64,000 nt of DNA from Candidatus Obscuribacterales bacterium (GTDB taxonomy: Bacteria; Cyanobacteriota; Vampirovibrionia; Obscuribacterales; Obscuribacteraceae). Every line of letters begins with the position of its first letter. The stretch's first letter is position 1. Location: positions 3,488,001 to 3,552,000 of the forward strand of contig CBDDIJ010000003.1 of assembly GCA_965228855.1 (NCBI GenBank), read 5' to 3'. The position numbers and the translations under genes were made by a program. Shown here piece after piece: positions 51,204-60,354 of the stretch. Under the pieces are notes generated by a model. That model saw only the letters and a program-made list of their open reading frames with translations. It did no database searches and was not told the DNA's origin.

Positions 51204-51368
51204 ATGCTAGCTATGATCAGAACGATTAAAACAGTTGTATCCGTAATAACAGTAGTCACTTCAGTCGTGGTCGCTCTGAGCGAGCTTAAAAAAGCGATTG
51301 ATGGTTTCAAACGCAAGAAAGAGATCGAAGGCGATGGCGGAAGTGCCCTGGCTGCACAGACTACGTAA
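51204..51368 (+). CDS. Small 54-aa protein not in the ORF track
   Basis: MLAMIRTIKTVVSVITVVTSVVVALSELKKAIDGFKRKKEIEGDGGSALAAQTT; purine-rich GGAAGG upstream (second ATG at 51213 is better spaced); promoter before and hairpin after. Confidence 0.6.
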   Translation: MLAMIRTIKTVVSVITVVTSVVVALSELKKAIDGFKRKKEIEGDGGSALAAQTT

Positions 51369-51469
51369 TTCCGGAAGTTAAAACTACAATGCAACTAACG
51401 CACCGCGTCCTGTGAGATTCAGTGCTCGTTGGCTTTTAGCGGTGCGACTGAAACTGGAACAACTATAAG

Positions 51470-51499
51470 ACACCGCTGCTCTTATGAACAGCGGTGTTT
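51470..51499. terminator. Hairpin terminator
   Basis: ACACCGCTG-loop-CAGCGGTGTTT. Confidence 0.6.
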
Positions 51500-51523
51500 A
51501 AACGTTGACCACGGCACCTGGAC

Positions 51524-53122
51524 TTAAACAGCTTGCACCGCATCATCGGGTCCGATGGCTAGATCGCGCGGCATCTCCGTCTGTTCATCATCCAATGTGA
51601 GAGGACATGATTTGAGGTCGCAGTTGGCAGGGCCGTCAAGAACGCCACCAAGAGCGTCGAACCGCGAGCCGTGTGCAGGGCAGTCCCAACTGCCCTCGAC
51701 CGGATTCCAACGGACCAGCGCCGCCATATGAGGACACACGGCCGACATGCGATGAAGTTGACCGTAGTCGTCACGATACACCGCCATCTTTTCAGTGCCA
51801 CGCTGTACGATTGCGCCCTCACCAGGGGCAATATCAGCTTCCTGCATGTCGGCAGGTTTTAAATGGTCCGCGTATTGAGCCGCGGTATTAACGTTCTCCT
51901 TGAGATACGTTTCCACAGTACCAACTGTTTTCCGCGTGGGTTTAAATACATCACTATAGATGTTCGCTCTGTTCATTATCAAATCGGCGATGATCGTCCC
52001 AGCCAAAGTGCCTTGCGTCATGCCAACTCCTGAAAATCCGGTGGCAACATAGATATTTTCGCGGTGTCCAGGGTCATGACCGATGTATGCAATTCCATCC
52101 ACAGGCTCGTAAACCTGCCCGGACCATCTGAACTCGACGGGTCCAATGTCAGGCATCAACGCTTCCGTCCATTCTTCCAGAGCCTGGAAGTGCTGGCTGT
52201 AATCCTCATCCTGACCTGTTTTTCTATCCTCGCCACCAACAAGCAAATAGCGCTTTCCGTAGATTTCTTCAGTCCTTAAATAGTGGTACGGATTAGCTGT
52301 GTCCCAGAACATTCCATCGATGACGGAACCATCATCGATCTGAGCGCCTATCACATAACTACGGTAGGCAGCTTGCTTTGTGTGAATCGCGACGAGGTTA
52401 CTGACAGGACTATTTGTCGCGATTACGACGTATCGTGCCTTAATCGAATGACCGCTGTCTGTCAGTGCTTCGGCTATTTTTCCATCCTTTACCGCATTAA
52501 CATGCGTATCACAAAATATTTTACCGCCCATGTTTTGTATCGCCTTCACAACGCCTCGCAAGTAGCGAAGAACGTGAAATTGAGCCTGATTTGGTATTCT
52601 CAGACAAGGGCCTGGATTTACTGCAGGAAGCGGAACTTGCGCGAGGAATTCTACATCTGAAAAACCGACTCGCTGCATCGCCTCCATCTCAACGTCCAGA
52701 ACATCACGATCGCCGTTCGTCCCCATGAACAAATAGGCGTCCTTGCGCTCGAAGTTGCATTCTATATTCTCTTCAATAATTATCTGGGACATGCGATCGA
52801 TTGACTCACGCAAACCGGCCGCAACCAGTCTGGTGTTCTCGTCGCCATGCCACTTCTCCAGCTCAGCATATCGTTTGTCTAAAACCGCGGTGACATGCGC
52901 AGTAGTGCGTTCAGTCTCCCCACCCCCGAGCGAGCCGTCGTCAACAACAATTACGCTCTTACTTTCTTTGCAGAGCGCATACGCGATCGATAAACCAGCG
53001 ATACCTGCGCCTACTACTAAAACGTCGCATTCTAAATCGGCTCCAAGCGAATCGAAATTGGGCAAGCTGCCGTCAGCCAACCACAAAGAATCCGTAGCCC
53101 TGTCCATAATCCGCGCCCTCAC
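51524..53122 (-). CDS. FAD-dependent oxidoreductase with C-terminal Rieske domain (YhfW/PuuB-like)
   Basis: VVGAGIAG, GETERTTAH, WSGQ, CPHM...WDCPAHGSRF. Confidence 0.92.
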   Translation of the reverse strand: MRARIMDRATDSLWLADGSLPNFDSLGADLECDVLVVGAGIAGLSIAYALCKESKSVIVVDDGSLGGGETERTTAHVTAVLDKRYAELEKWHGDENTRLVAAGLRESIDRMSQIIIEENIECNFERKDAYLFMGTNGDRDVLDVEMEAMQRVGFSDVEFLAQVPLPAVNPGPCLRIPNQAQFHVLRYLRGVVKAIQNMGGKIFCDTHVNAVKDGKIAEALTDSGHSIKARYVVIATNSPVSNLVAIHTKQAAYRSYVIGAQIDDGSVIDGMFWDTANPYHYLRTEEIYGKRYLLVGGEDRKTGQDEDYSQHFQALEEWTEALMPDIGPVEFRWSGQVYEPVDGIAYIGHDPGHRENIYVATGFSGVGMTQGTLAGTIIADLIMNRANIYSDVFKPTRKTVGTVETYLKENVNTAAQYADHLKPADMQEADIAPGEGAIVQRGTEKMAVYRDDYGQLHRMSAVCPHMAALVRWNPVEGSWDCPAHGSRFDALGGVLDGPANCDLKSCPLTLDDEQTEMPRDLAIGPDDAVQAV

Positions 53123-53284
53123 AGAAGTTCCGCTTACATAGCACTTGCTGGACAGCTCAGTGCTACATACTCACTAACGCACAGACTACTCGACTGCATC
53201 ACGTAACAAACTGCGAGGAGAAGCAGTGCGTCCCCCGGATGTCCCTTCGACCAGGGTGGAAATATGAAACTTTTTGGAGGAAAA

Positions 53285-54163
53285 ATGATGACACGTTTTG
53301 GCATTCTTTTCGCAGCCACTCTGGCGTTGGTCGCAGTGTCACCGGCAGCGAAAGCAGACACGACTCTGGTGGAAACTACTACGGTTTCTTCACCTACATT
53401 CGCGTTACCGGCTGGCGTACCTTATATGGTAGTCGACCCCGTCACCGGAAAAGTGTTCTCCGACTACTCGGCGACAGTGAAAGTCCCGGCTGGATACTAT
53501 ATCGCAGAACGAAGCAGTGGTAAGGTGGTGGCTACTACCGATGCCAACGGCAACCTCGTAGCAATCACGACCGCCCCTGCATCAAACGTTCTTGTCAAAG
53601 TTACAGAACGAAGAACAGCCTTAGAGCAACAAATCGCAGATGCTCTCTCTCGAAATGTTGTCGCAGTGACGGAGATTCAGCCACTTAAGGCAGCCCTGGC
53701 TGAAGTAGCAGCTCAGGAAGTTGTTCTCAGAAAGAACGGCGACTCTGTGACACTAGCACAAGCAGCACCGCTGGCGTATAGATTGAACGTAATCGGAAAC
53801 CAGCTTGCTCCGATGATCAAGACGACGACAGCTTACACACCTATTCTCGGTGAGCGTGTTTACGTTCAGAACGGACAGGTGCTGGTCGCCACGACTGACT
53901 ACGCCGCTCGCAGAGCACTTCTCGATCAACGGATTCAGTCAGAATACGACTTTGGACGATTAACCAACGATCAGGTCAAAGACCTTCGTGCAGACCTGTC
54001 GAAAATCGCCAATCTCGAACTTCGCAAGAAAAAAGATGGCAAACTTTCCGCATCCAACCAACGCTCGATCGAAAAGAAATTCAACGAACTTAGCGCTGAT
54101 TTGCAGGAAGACATCTCCGACACCAACAAGCGCCGCGCCAGAATTGGTCTGAAGGTCGAATAG
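53285..54163 (+). CDS. Exported helical-repeat protein (GxLT repeat family)
   Basis: ATG after GGAGG; AKA|D signal; RRTALEQQI and RRALLDQRI..GRLTNDQ..DGKLS units. Confidence 0.78.
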   Translation: MMTRFGILFAATLALVAVSPAAKADTTLVETTTVSSPTFALPAGVPYMVVDPVTGKVFSDYSATVKVPAGYYIAERSSGKVVATTDANGNLVAITTAPASNVLVKVTERRTALEQQIADALSRNVVAVTEIQPLKAALAEVAAQEVVLRKNGDSVTLAQAAPLAYRLNVIGNQLAPMIKTTTAYTPILGERVYVQNGQVLVATTDYAARRALLDQRIQSEYDFGRLTNDQVKDLRADLSKIANLELRKKKDGKLSASNQRSIEKKFNELSADLQEDISDTNKRRARIGLKVE

Positions 54164-54187
54164 TTATTGTTCGATCATCGACCACAA

Positions 54188-54221
54188 AGACATGCGCTTC
54201 GGTTGCGGAGCGCATGTCCTT
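54188..54221. terminator. Bidirectional terminator
   Basis: GACATGCGCTTCG-loop-CGGAGCGCATGTC between convergent genes. Confidence 0.75.
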
Positions 54222-56380
54222 TATTGCGAGACTCTACCCGCCCGAGTCCGCAACGAAAATGAAAAGGATGTCTCACCCGCTTGCTCAAACAAATCCGCAT
54301 AACGGTTCAATTCATCAGCCAACTTGGGATTGTTGAATCCAAGTGTTTTCTCTTTGAATTTCAAATGGTCTTGGGCTTTCTCCTTCGCCATGTCCAACTT
54401 ACTCTGCGTGAGCAAATTGAAAATCAGAAAGTCTTCGACGTCGTACTGGTTTACCGGCGTTACAGTGGTGCCATTCAGCTTCTGAGTCGCATCACAAGCT
54501 CTACGAAACATTGCCTCGGCCTTTGGAAAGTTCTTCAGACTGGTGTATGCAATTCCAAGCTCTGCCAACGCATCTGGAAGTTGATCATCAGGAGCTGTTT
54601 TGCCTTTGCTTTCGAAAATCCCAATCCAGTACTCGTACTCCTTGATCGCACTTGCGTAGCGTTTTAAACTAAACTCCAGACGTGCATACCTGAGCACCAA
54701 TGGAGCATCAGAGTCTAAGATTTCCGATGCCAGCTTTCGAGTTTGCAGCGCTTGACCGACGAGGTCATCTGCAAATAATCGGTCGGTCTCTGTTGTTTTT
54801 TCCGACATGATCGTCGAAGCGATACGATTCAACCTGACAATAGCCTCGTCTGCGGTAACCCGACCTCCCACCTTCGCGCCTTGATATGCAATGAGTTCAA
54901 GTGAGCCGGCCTCTTGCGATTTTCCACCGGCTAGTTTTGCATCAGCAATTGCAGAGAGTTGCTCTATTTCATCACGCTTGAACTTTACGCTCTGAGCCAA
55001 ACTCTTCGCTGACTCGGTCGCAGCGGAGTACCTTTTGTTAGTCCAATCCAGGAGCACTTTTTCGGCAAGCTCCCGATATTTAGGTTTCGCCCACACGCGC
55101 TTCGGAAAATCTCCTTCGGAAAAAACTTTTGCTTGTTCAGATGCAGCTAGTAAAGTCGAACTCGGAGGAGACGATTCGGCGCGGGGTAAAAGCACTTCAG
55201 CCAGAGCCGCACCATGAGAACAAATAAACAGCGCGAATACAAGAATTAAAGCTGTTGTCGCTTTGGAATTGCCTTTTCGAGATAGTGCTTTGACTACAAG
55301 TTTTTGAAAATCTATGATCAATTGCTCACTATTTTTGAGAAAGCGCCCCTGTTCAGGCAAACCGGCAAGCAATCCGCGTTGAACGGAATCAGTCAAATCA
55401 TCATCTTCTCGGCCTACTTGCGAATTGAATTGAACCAACTCTTCCGCCCAATTCTTATCGACACCCGGCGCAAAAAATTGCGTTGAAAAACCTTGCGCTT
55501 TGTTTGGTCCGTTTGAATTCCAAACATCAACAGATAAGTTTGGGAATCCGGGATTGATGTTGATGGTGAAATTAGGCCACAAGACGTGGTACTGGGACTC
55601 TTGAATTTCGCCGCTTGTATCATAGATTTTCAAGCGTGCTTTCGCTTTGGAGTCACCCGCTCGCGCCTTGCCGACTTGACTAAAGAAGTAGGGATAAGAA
55701 GTGAGTTTGTAGCTATCCGGATCAACATCGATTGCCGCACTAAAGCCGGGATGCGCAACGGGACAGTGGTAGCATTCGAGATAATTCTCAAGCATTGTTT
55801 TCCAGTTCGAGTTCGATTCCCAGCTGGAGCGCTCCCATAAGTAGAGGTTACTCAAATCGATGCCACTATCGGCGATGATGTTTAAAACGTCACCAAAGTA
55901 ATGTGAAACGGGCTTGTCGTCACTGTCAAAATTGACGAATACAAACGGTCCCAGCAATTCTGTCCGCACCGTGATCAACGGATAATCTTCTGTTTTGAAG
56001 CCGTCTTCGCGATCGGCTCTGGGAGCCGCTCTCAAACAACCATTCAAGTCATAAGTCCAGGCGTGATACCGACATTGCATCGATGTAGAGTGCCCACATC
56101 CTTTCATAACTTCGTGGCGGCGGTGACGGCAAACGTTGACAAATGCTTGAATGCCGTCTTCGTTTCTCACAGCAACCACTGGAATATTTCCGACATAAGC
56201 TGTCACGAAATCACCGATGTTACGCATCTCGAAAATCGAGCCGACGTACTGCCAACTCTTGCGAAAGATCAAATCTATTTCCGTGTCGGCGATTGAAGTA
56301 TCCGTGTACCATCGAGACGGCAGAGAAATACCCTGGTCAAGCAACTTCAGGAGTTCATCGATTTGATCGAGAGTAGTCAT
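54221..56380 (-). CDS. Rieske non-heme iron oxygenase alpha subunit (choline monooxygenase-like) fused to a hydrophobic helix and TPR domain
   Basis: NVCRH...CRYHAW Rieske motif; NWK..ENYLECYHCPVAH; late ED..VQRG; then ALILVFALFIC..ALA|E and TPR-like helices. Confidence 0.88.
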   Translation of the reverse strand: MTTLDQIDELLKLLDQGISLPSRWYTDTSIADTEIDLIFRKSWQYVGSIFEMRNIGDFVTAYVGNIPVVAVRNEDGIQAFVNVCRHRRHEVMKGCGHSTSMQCRYHAWTYDLNGCLRAAPRADREDGFKTEDYPLITVRTELLGPFVFVNFDSDDKPVSHYFGDVLNIIADSGIDLSNLYLWERSSWESNSNWKTMLENYLECYHCPVAHPGFSAAIDVDPDSYKLTSYPYFFSQVGKARAGDSKAKARLKIYDTSGEIQESQYHVLWPNFTININPGFPNLSVDVWNSNGPNKAQGFSTQFFAPGVDKNWAEELVQFNSQVGREDDDLTDSVQRGLLAGLPEQGRFLKNSEQLIIDFQKLVVKALSRKGNSKATTALILVFALFICSHGAALAEVLLPRAESSPPSSTLLAASEQAKVFSEGDFPKRVWAKPKYRELAEKVLLDWTNKRYSAATESAKSLAQSVKFKRDEIEQLSAIADAKLAGGKSQEAGSLELIAYQGAKVGGRVTADEAIVRLNRIASTIMSEKTTETDRLFADDLVGQALQTRKLASEILDSDAPLVLRYARLEFSLKRYASAIKEYEYWIGIFESKGKTAPDDQLPDALAELGIAYTSLKNFPKAEAMFRRACDATQKLNGTTVTPVNQYDVEDFLIFNLLTQSKLDMAKEKAQDHLKFKEKTLGFNNPKLADELNRYADLFEQAGETSFSFSLRTRAGRVSQ

Positions 56381-56412
56381 AATTCAAGCACCGCGCGGAA
56401 AAAATTATCATA

Positions 56413-57639
56413 TCAGATTCGTTCGGACTCCCCGCTTACACCTCTAAGCATGACAGGTAGACCAAGCAACAAAATCACGCTCATGATTTGCAACGACTGA
56501 ATGAACTGCAGATGCTCCGCAATCGTGGCTGCAAAGAAATCTGAACCAATCATGCCCAGAGAATAAGCAATGTTGTATACAGCATAGACTGCCGAGTAAC
56601 AGTTCATACCTTTTCGGTCTACGGCGTTTCCCAACTCAGCAGAGGTCGGATTCAGAACAAAAGCGTATGCCATGCTGACTATACATAGAATTACGCCAGT
56701 CCATAAGATACTGGGGAACACCGCCAGTAGTGGCAGCGAAATTGCCATTAAGACCATTCCAAAACAAATAGCTCTTTTGATGGAAAACTTCTCGGCCATC
56801 AGATTAACGACCGGTGCCATCATGCCATACGCAATGGTCGAGACCGTAAACATCGGTCCGATGTCATGCGGAGCACCATGCAGTTTCGAAGTCACATGGA
56901 GTGGCAGAAGTGGCTCGAGAAGCCCCCACGCAGAGGCGGCAAGTGCGACCGCAAAGGCGGCGCTAAGAACCGTTTTGTCCAGAAGTAAGCTTCTCAGATC
57001 TGCTGAAGATTCATTCTTCGCGGGATGGTTTGGAAGCAGAAGGACTCGCATGCAAATGTCCAAAGCAATGAAGCATCCAGCAACTTGAAACGGAAGCAAG
57101 TAACCTCCCATCTCGAAAAACCAGGTTCCAATCATCGGCCCCAGAATCGAGCCGGCCGTGCTCCCAACCATCGCAAGTCCCATCATTTGAACCCGCTTAT
57201 CGTGATATTTCTCAGCAACCAGAGCCAAACCGGCAGTCCAGGAGGCTGCAGCCGACGCACCTTGAAACGCACGCGCAACGACTAAGAGATAAAAACTGTC
57301 GCCAAGGGCAAAAAGTAATGTCGCAAGCGAAATCATTACAACGCCGATTATCATCGGAGTTCGACAGCCATATTTGTCGCCAAGGTGTCCGAAAAGCGGC
57401 GTGGCTAGAAGGACGCCAACCGCGTAAGCCCCGTAAAGTATTCCCATCTGTTGCTCGCCAACAATCTTCGCGGGCGAGTACGGGGTCAGCGGCACCACCA
57501 ACCCATACATCATGTAATCGATAAACAAAGCGAATGCGACGACGACAAGAACTGTCCATCGATAACTACGCAGACTGTCAATAAGACCGCGCAAAGTAGA
57601 TTGCTTCCTCGTGCTAAATTTCGATAACGCCGAGCCCAT
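56413..57639 (-). CDS. MFS transporter (DHA1/SLC18-like)
   Basis: Multiple TM helices; FIDYMMYGLVVP, GHLGDKYG, ARAFQG; 32 nt upstream of the Rieske gene. Confidence 0.9.
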   Translation of the reverse strand: MGSALSKFSTRKQSTLRGLIDSLRSYRWTVLVVVAFALFIDYMMYGLVVPLTPYSPAKIVGEQQMGILYGAYAVGVLLATPLFGHLGDKYGCRTPMIIGVVMISLATLLFALGDSFYLLVVARAFQGASAAASWTAGLALVAEKYHDKRVQMMGLAMVGSTAGSILGPMIGTWFFEMGGYLLPFQVAGCFIALDICMRVLLLPNHPAKNESSADLRSLLLDKTVLSAAFAVALAASAWGLLEPLLPLHVTSKLHGAPHDIGPMFTVSTIAYGMMAPVVNLMAEKFSIKRAICFGMVLMAISLPLLAVFPSILWTGVILCIVSMAYAFVLNPTSAELGNAVDRKGMNCYSAVYAVYNIAYSLGMIGSDFFAATIAEHLQFIQSLQIMSVILLLGLPVMLRGVSGESERI

Positions 57640-57801
57640 TATATCTGCTATGACCCTTTTACTAATTACGCCTGGCAGACCAGGCGCCGCCAGCAATCGC
57701 TCAAATTCACATGTTCATTGGCAAGAAGCGCGTAATCAGTGACTGGAAGCTGTGCTACCTTGCAGGAAGGAATTACATTCGCGTTGTTTCGGAGGACCCG
57801 A

Positions 57802-58317
57802 ATGGTCGGTACATCGAACAAACTTGAACGAGCCAAATCTCGAGAGGAAAACGAGACTCAGGAGCTACGCGACGAGACAAAATTTACTCTCCAGGAAGGA
57901 CGCATGACCCTGCCTGGCATTCAAACGTTGTTCGGTTTCCAGCTTATTTCAGTTTTCAGTCCGGTTTTTGATCAAAAAGTGGGGCACGATGATAAGGTCC
58001 TTCACCTCATCGCAATAGGTCTAACGGTGCTATCAATCGCGCTAACTATGACTCCCGCCGCTTACGACCGCCAGACCGAGGATTGGAGATGTTCACACAG
58101 ATTCGTCCGCATCGCAAGCACCTGTATCACATTGGGCATGATACCACTGGCAATATCAATGGCTCTTGATCTCTATGTCATCGCTCTGCTTATAACCACC
58201 GACAAAATCACGGCCGTGTCATCGGGAATCGGAGCGTTGATTCTATTCACAATTCTCTGGTTTCTTTTTCCGAAGTTTGACCTCCGGGAAAAGCCGAAAA
58301 CAACTCCGCTGGCCTGA
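57802..58317 (+). CDS. DUF6328-like membrane protein
   Basis: ATG after GGAGG; LQEGRMTLPGIQTLFGFQL, PAAYDR, four TM helices. Confidence 0.75.
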   Translation: MVGTSNKLERAKSREENETQELRDETKFTLQEGRMTLPGIQTLFGFQLISVFSPVFDQKVGHDDKVLHLIAIGLTVLSIALTMTPAAYDRQTEDWRCSHRFVRIASTCITLGMIPLAISMALDLYVIALLITTDKITAVSSGIGALILFTILWFLFPKFDLREKPKTTPLA

Positions 58318-58358
58318 CAGATACCGCCGTTTAGATTCGACCGTCGGAAAAGGTACCA

Positions 58359-58483
58359 TTGTCAATGTGACAGCGACGGATCTTGCCAAATCCGTCGCTC
58401 TGGGATTGACAGCGCGGGTATTGAAACCGGTTTGTCAACGAGACAGCGACGGATCGCCAAATCCGTCGCTCTGGGATTGACAG
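58359..58483. repeat. Two tandem palindromic REP-like units
   Basis: TTGTCAA..GACAGCGACGGATC(TT)GCCAAATCCGTCGCTCTGGGATTGACAG at 58359-58412 and 58432-58483. Confidence 0.85.
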
Positions 58484-58498
58484 GCGCAGCTGAAACGA

Positions 58499-59134
58499 TT
58501 AAGCCGCGTCTTTCAGATAAGAAGAAAGCCTCTTCTGAATTTTGATTCGAGCTCTCGAAATTCTGGACTTCACAGTTCCGATTTCGGTCTGAGTTAGCTG
58601 AGCGATTTCCTCGTAGGACAGTCCCTCAACGTCACGCAGCACAGCTGCAGTGCGAAATTGTCCTGGCAAACTCGACAATGCATTAGCGACGGCATCAGCC
58701 AACTCGCTGTTTAGCAACTTGTCTTCCGGTTGTGCAGAACCGTCCACGATCTCACGAGTCGCCACTTCGTTGCCGTTGTCTGAAGTTATTGGCTCATCAA
58801 TCGAAAGCACCTGACCATCGCGCGGACGCTTGCGAAGCTCATCATAGAAAAGGTTTGTCACAATCTTGCGCAACCAACTCTTGAAGCAATCCGGATTCCG
58901 AAGGTTGCCGATCGAACGCCATATACGAATGTTAGCTTCCTGTACCAGATCCGAGGGATCAAGCCAGTCCGGCGCCACGTGGTAAACCATCGAGACAATA
59001 GTTTGCCGATGTCTATCCAGCAGATGGTTCAACGCTTCCGGATCATTTTGCTGACACGCGACAATAAGGTCCGCGTCATTCAAATCACTATAGTTTCCAC
59101 GTCTACTCTTTAGAGCTTTACACGGGCCTTCCAT
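58499..59134 (-). CDS. ECF RNA polymerase sigma factor, similar to cyanobacterial SigG
   Basis: YHVAPDW..DLVQE..IRIW, WLRKIVTNLFYDELRKR, LRDVEGLSYEEIA..GTVKSRISRAR. Confidence 0.92.
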   Translation of the reverse strand: MEGPCKALKSRRGNYSDLNDADLIVACQQNDPEALNHLLDRHRQTIVSMVYHVAPDWLDPSDLVQEANIRIWRSIGNLRNPDCFKSWLRKIVTNLFYDELRKRPRDGQVLSIDEPITSDNGNEVATREIVDGSAQPEDKLLNSELADAVANALSSLPGQFRTAAVLRDVEGLSYEEIAQLTQTEIGTVKSRISRARIKIQKRLSSYLKDAA

Positions 59135-59435
59135 TAAAAACACCTCTTTGCGCGTACTTGAAGTTTGGATTCAGAGCAAACCGCAAAATTTTGCTCAGTT
59201 ATCCTGTAGCACAAAGATCCGGAATCGAAACTTTTAAGGAACATGAGCATAGCCTCATAAAGTCGCACCGGATAAGGCTTTGCATTGGCGCCCCCCTTTG
59301 CGAATCTTTCTTGCGCGAAACCGTTATAACCGTTACGAAACAGCACGTGAACAGGTTTATTGGAGCAATGCGGGGTGCAGATTAAGACGGACTACGATGT
59401 GCTAAGAAGCTTTCATAGGCACCTGGAGCATAACT

Positions 59436-59876
59436 ATGAAAGTTAGTGAAATCATGACCGCGGCGCCCACCTGCTGCTGCAGAGAAGAGAAGGCGCAACA
59501 AGCGGCCAGCATTATGCGCAATTTGAATGTCGGGATCGTACCTATTGTAGAGAGCGAAACAGATGAGACATTGATCGGCTTAGTGACAGACCGCGACCTC
59601 TGCCTTCGCATTGTGGCACTCGGTATCGACCCATCGGTAGCCTGCGTTGAAAGCTGTATGTCAGAGGAAATCATTTCTTGCCACGCGGACGACAATGTCG
59701 AGAGGGTGGTGGCACTCATGCAAAAGCATCAGATTCGCAGAGTCCCTGTTGTAGACTCGCAAAACCACATAGAAGGAATTGTCTCTCTTGCAGACATCAC
59801 AGTCCGGGCGCATGAGCAAGACATCGCAGAAACGATCACTGAGATATCAGAGCCAGCAGGACTCTTTCATTTATGA
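59436..59876 (+). CDS. CBS-pair domain protein
   Basis: MKVSEIMT, GLVTDRDL, HQIRRVPVVD, GIVSLADI. Confidence 0.92.
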   Translation: MKVSEIMTAAPTCCCREEKAQQAASIMRNLNVGIVPIVESETDETLIGLVTDRDLCLRIVALGIDPSVACVESCMSEEIISCHADDNVERVVALMQKHQIRRVPVVDSQNHIEGIVSLADITVRAHEQDIAETITEISEPAGLFHL

Positions 59877-59905
59877 CCGGGTTTTCAGTTTTTCCAGTGA
59901 TGGTT

Positions 59906-59937
59906 AAAAACGCACACGTTTACCACGTGTGCGTTTT
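59906..59937. terminator. Intrinsic terminator
   Basis: AAAACGCACACGT-loop-ACGTGTGCGTTTT. Confidence 0.75.
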
Positions 59938-59978
59938 GTTTCAAACAAGAAATAAGCTTCGCGTTCCACAACTTAAGA

Positions 59979-60013
59979 AGAGAACAGACGAAGCTCTGTT
60001 CGTCTGTTCTCTT
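59979..60013. terminator. Hairpin downstream of the Pro-rich ORF
   Basis: AAGAGAACAGACGAA-loop-TTCGTCTGTTCTCTT. Confidence 0.65.
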
Positions 60014-60038
60014 ACTTTCCCTTCTATCGTTTTAAACC

Positions 60039-60338
60039 TTATTCCAGGGGCGACGGCGCCGGCTTATCCTCACCCGGAGCAGGTCGGGGCTCTGGCACCG
60101 GCGGTACCGGGGTCGGATCGGGATCAGGCTTCGGTTGCGGCAGCGGAGCTGGCTCTGGTGGTTGAGGAGTAGGATTCGGTACCGGCGTCGGACTCGGCAC
60201 CGGATTCGGTGCAGGTGCAGGATTCGGCGATGGTACCGGCGGCGGTGTCGGCTTCGGGACCGGATCCGGATTTGGATCCGGCTCAGGTTTCGGCACCGGA
60301 GCTGGCTCTTGTATTGCCGAAACTCCGGTGCCCACCAT
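60039..60338 (-). CDS. Proline-rich (xP)n low-complexity small protein
   Basis: PAPVPKPEPDPNPDPVPKPTP... run with varied codons; hairpin downstream; weak RBS, start uncertain. Confidence 0.55.
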   Translation of the reverse strand: MVGTGVSAIQEPAPVPKPEPDPNPDPVPKPTPPPVPSPNPAPAPNPVPSPTPVPNPTPQPPEPAPLPQPKPDPDPTPVPPVPEPRPAPGEDKPAPSPLE

Positions 60339-60354
60339 GCTGCTTATCACGTCA

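Noticed and set aside
50999..51394. 131-aa minus-strand ORF
   Set aside because: TTG start with no clear RBS; the plus-strand 54-aa ORF has promoter, RBS-like and terminator support
58359..58483. Possible mini-CRISPR array
   Set aside because: Only two units, over 50 bp long, with a ~20-nt spacer and no cas genes; a REP-like repeat fits better
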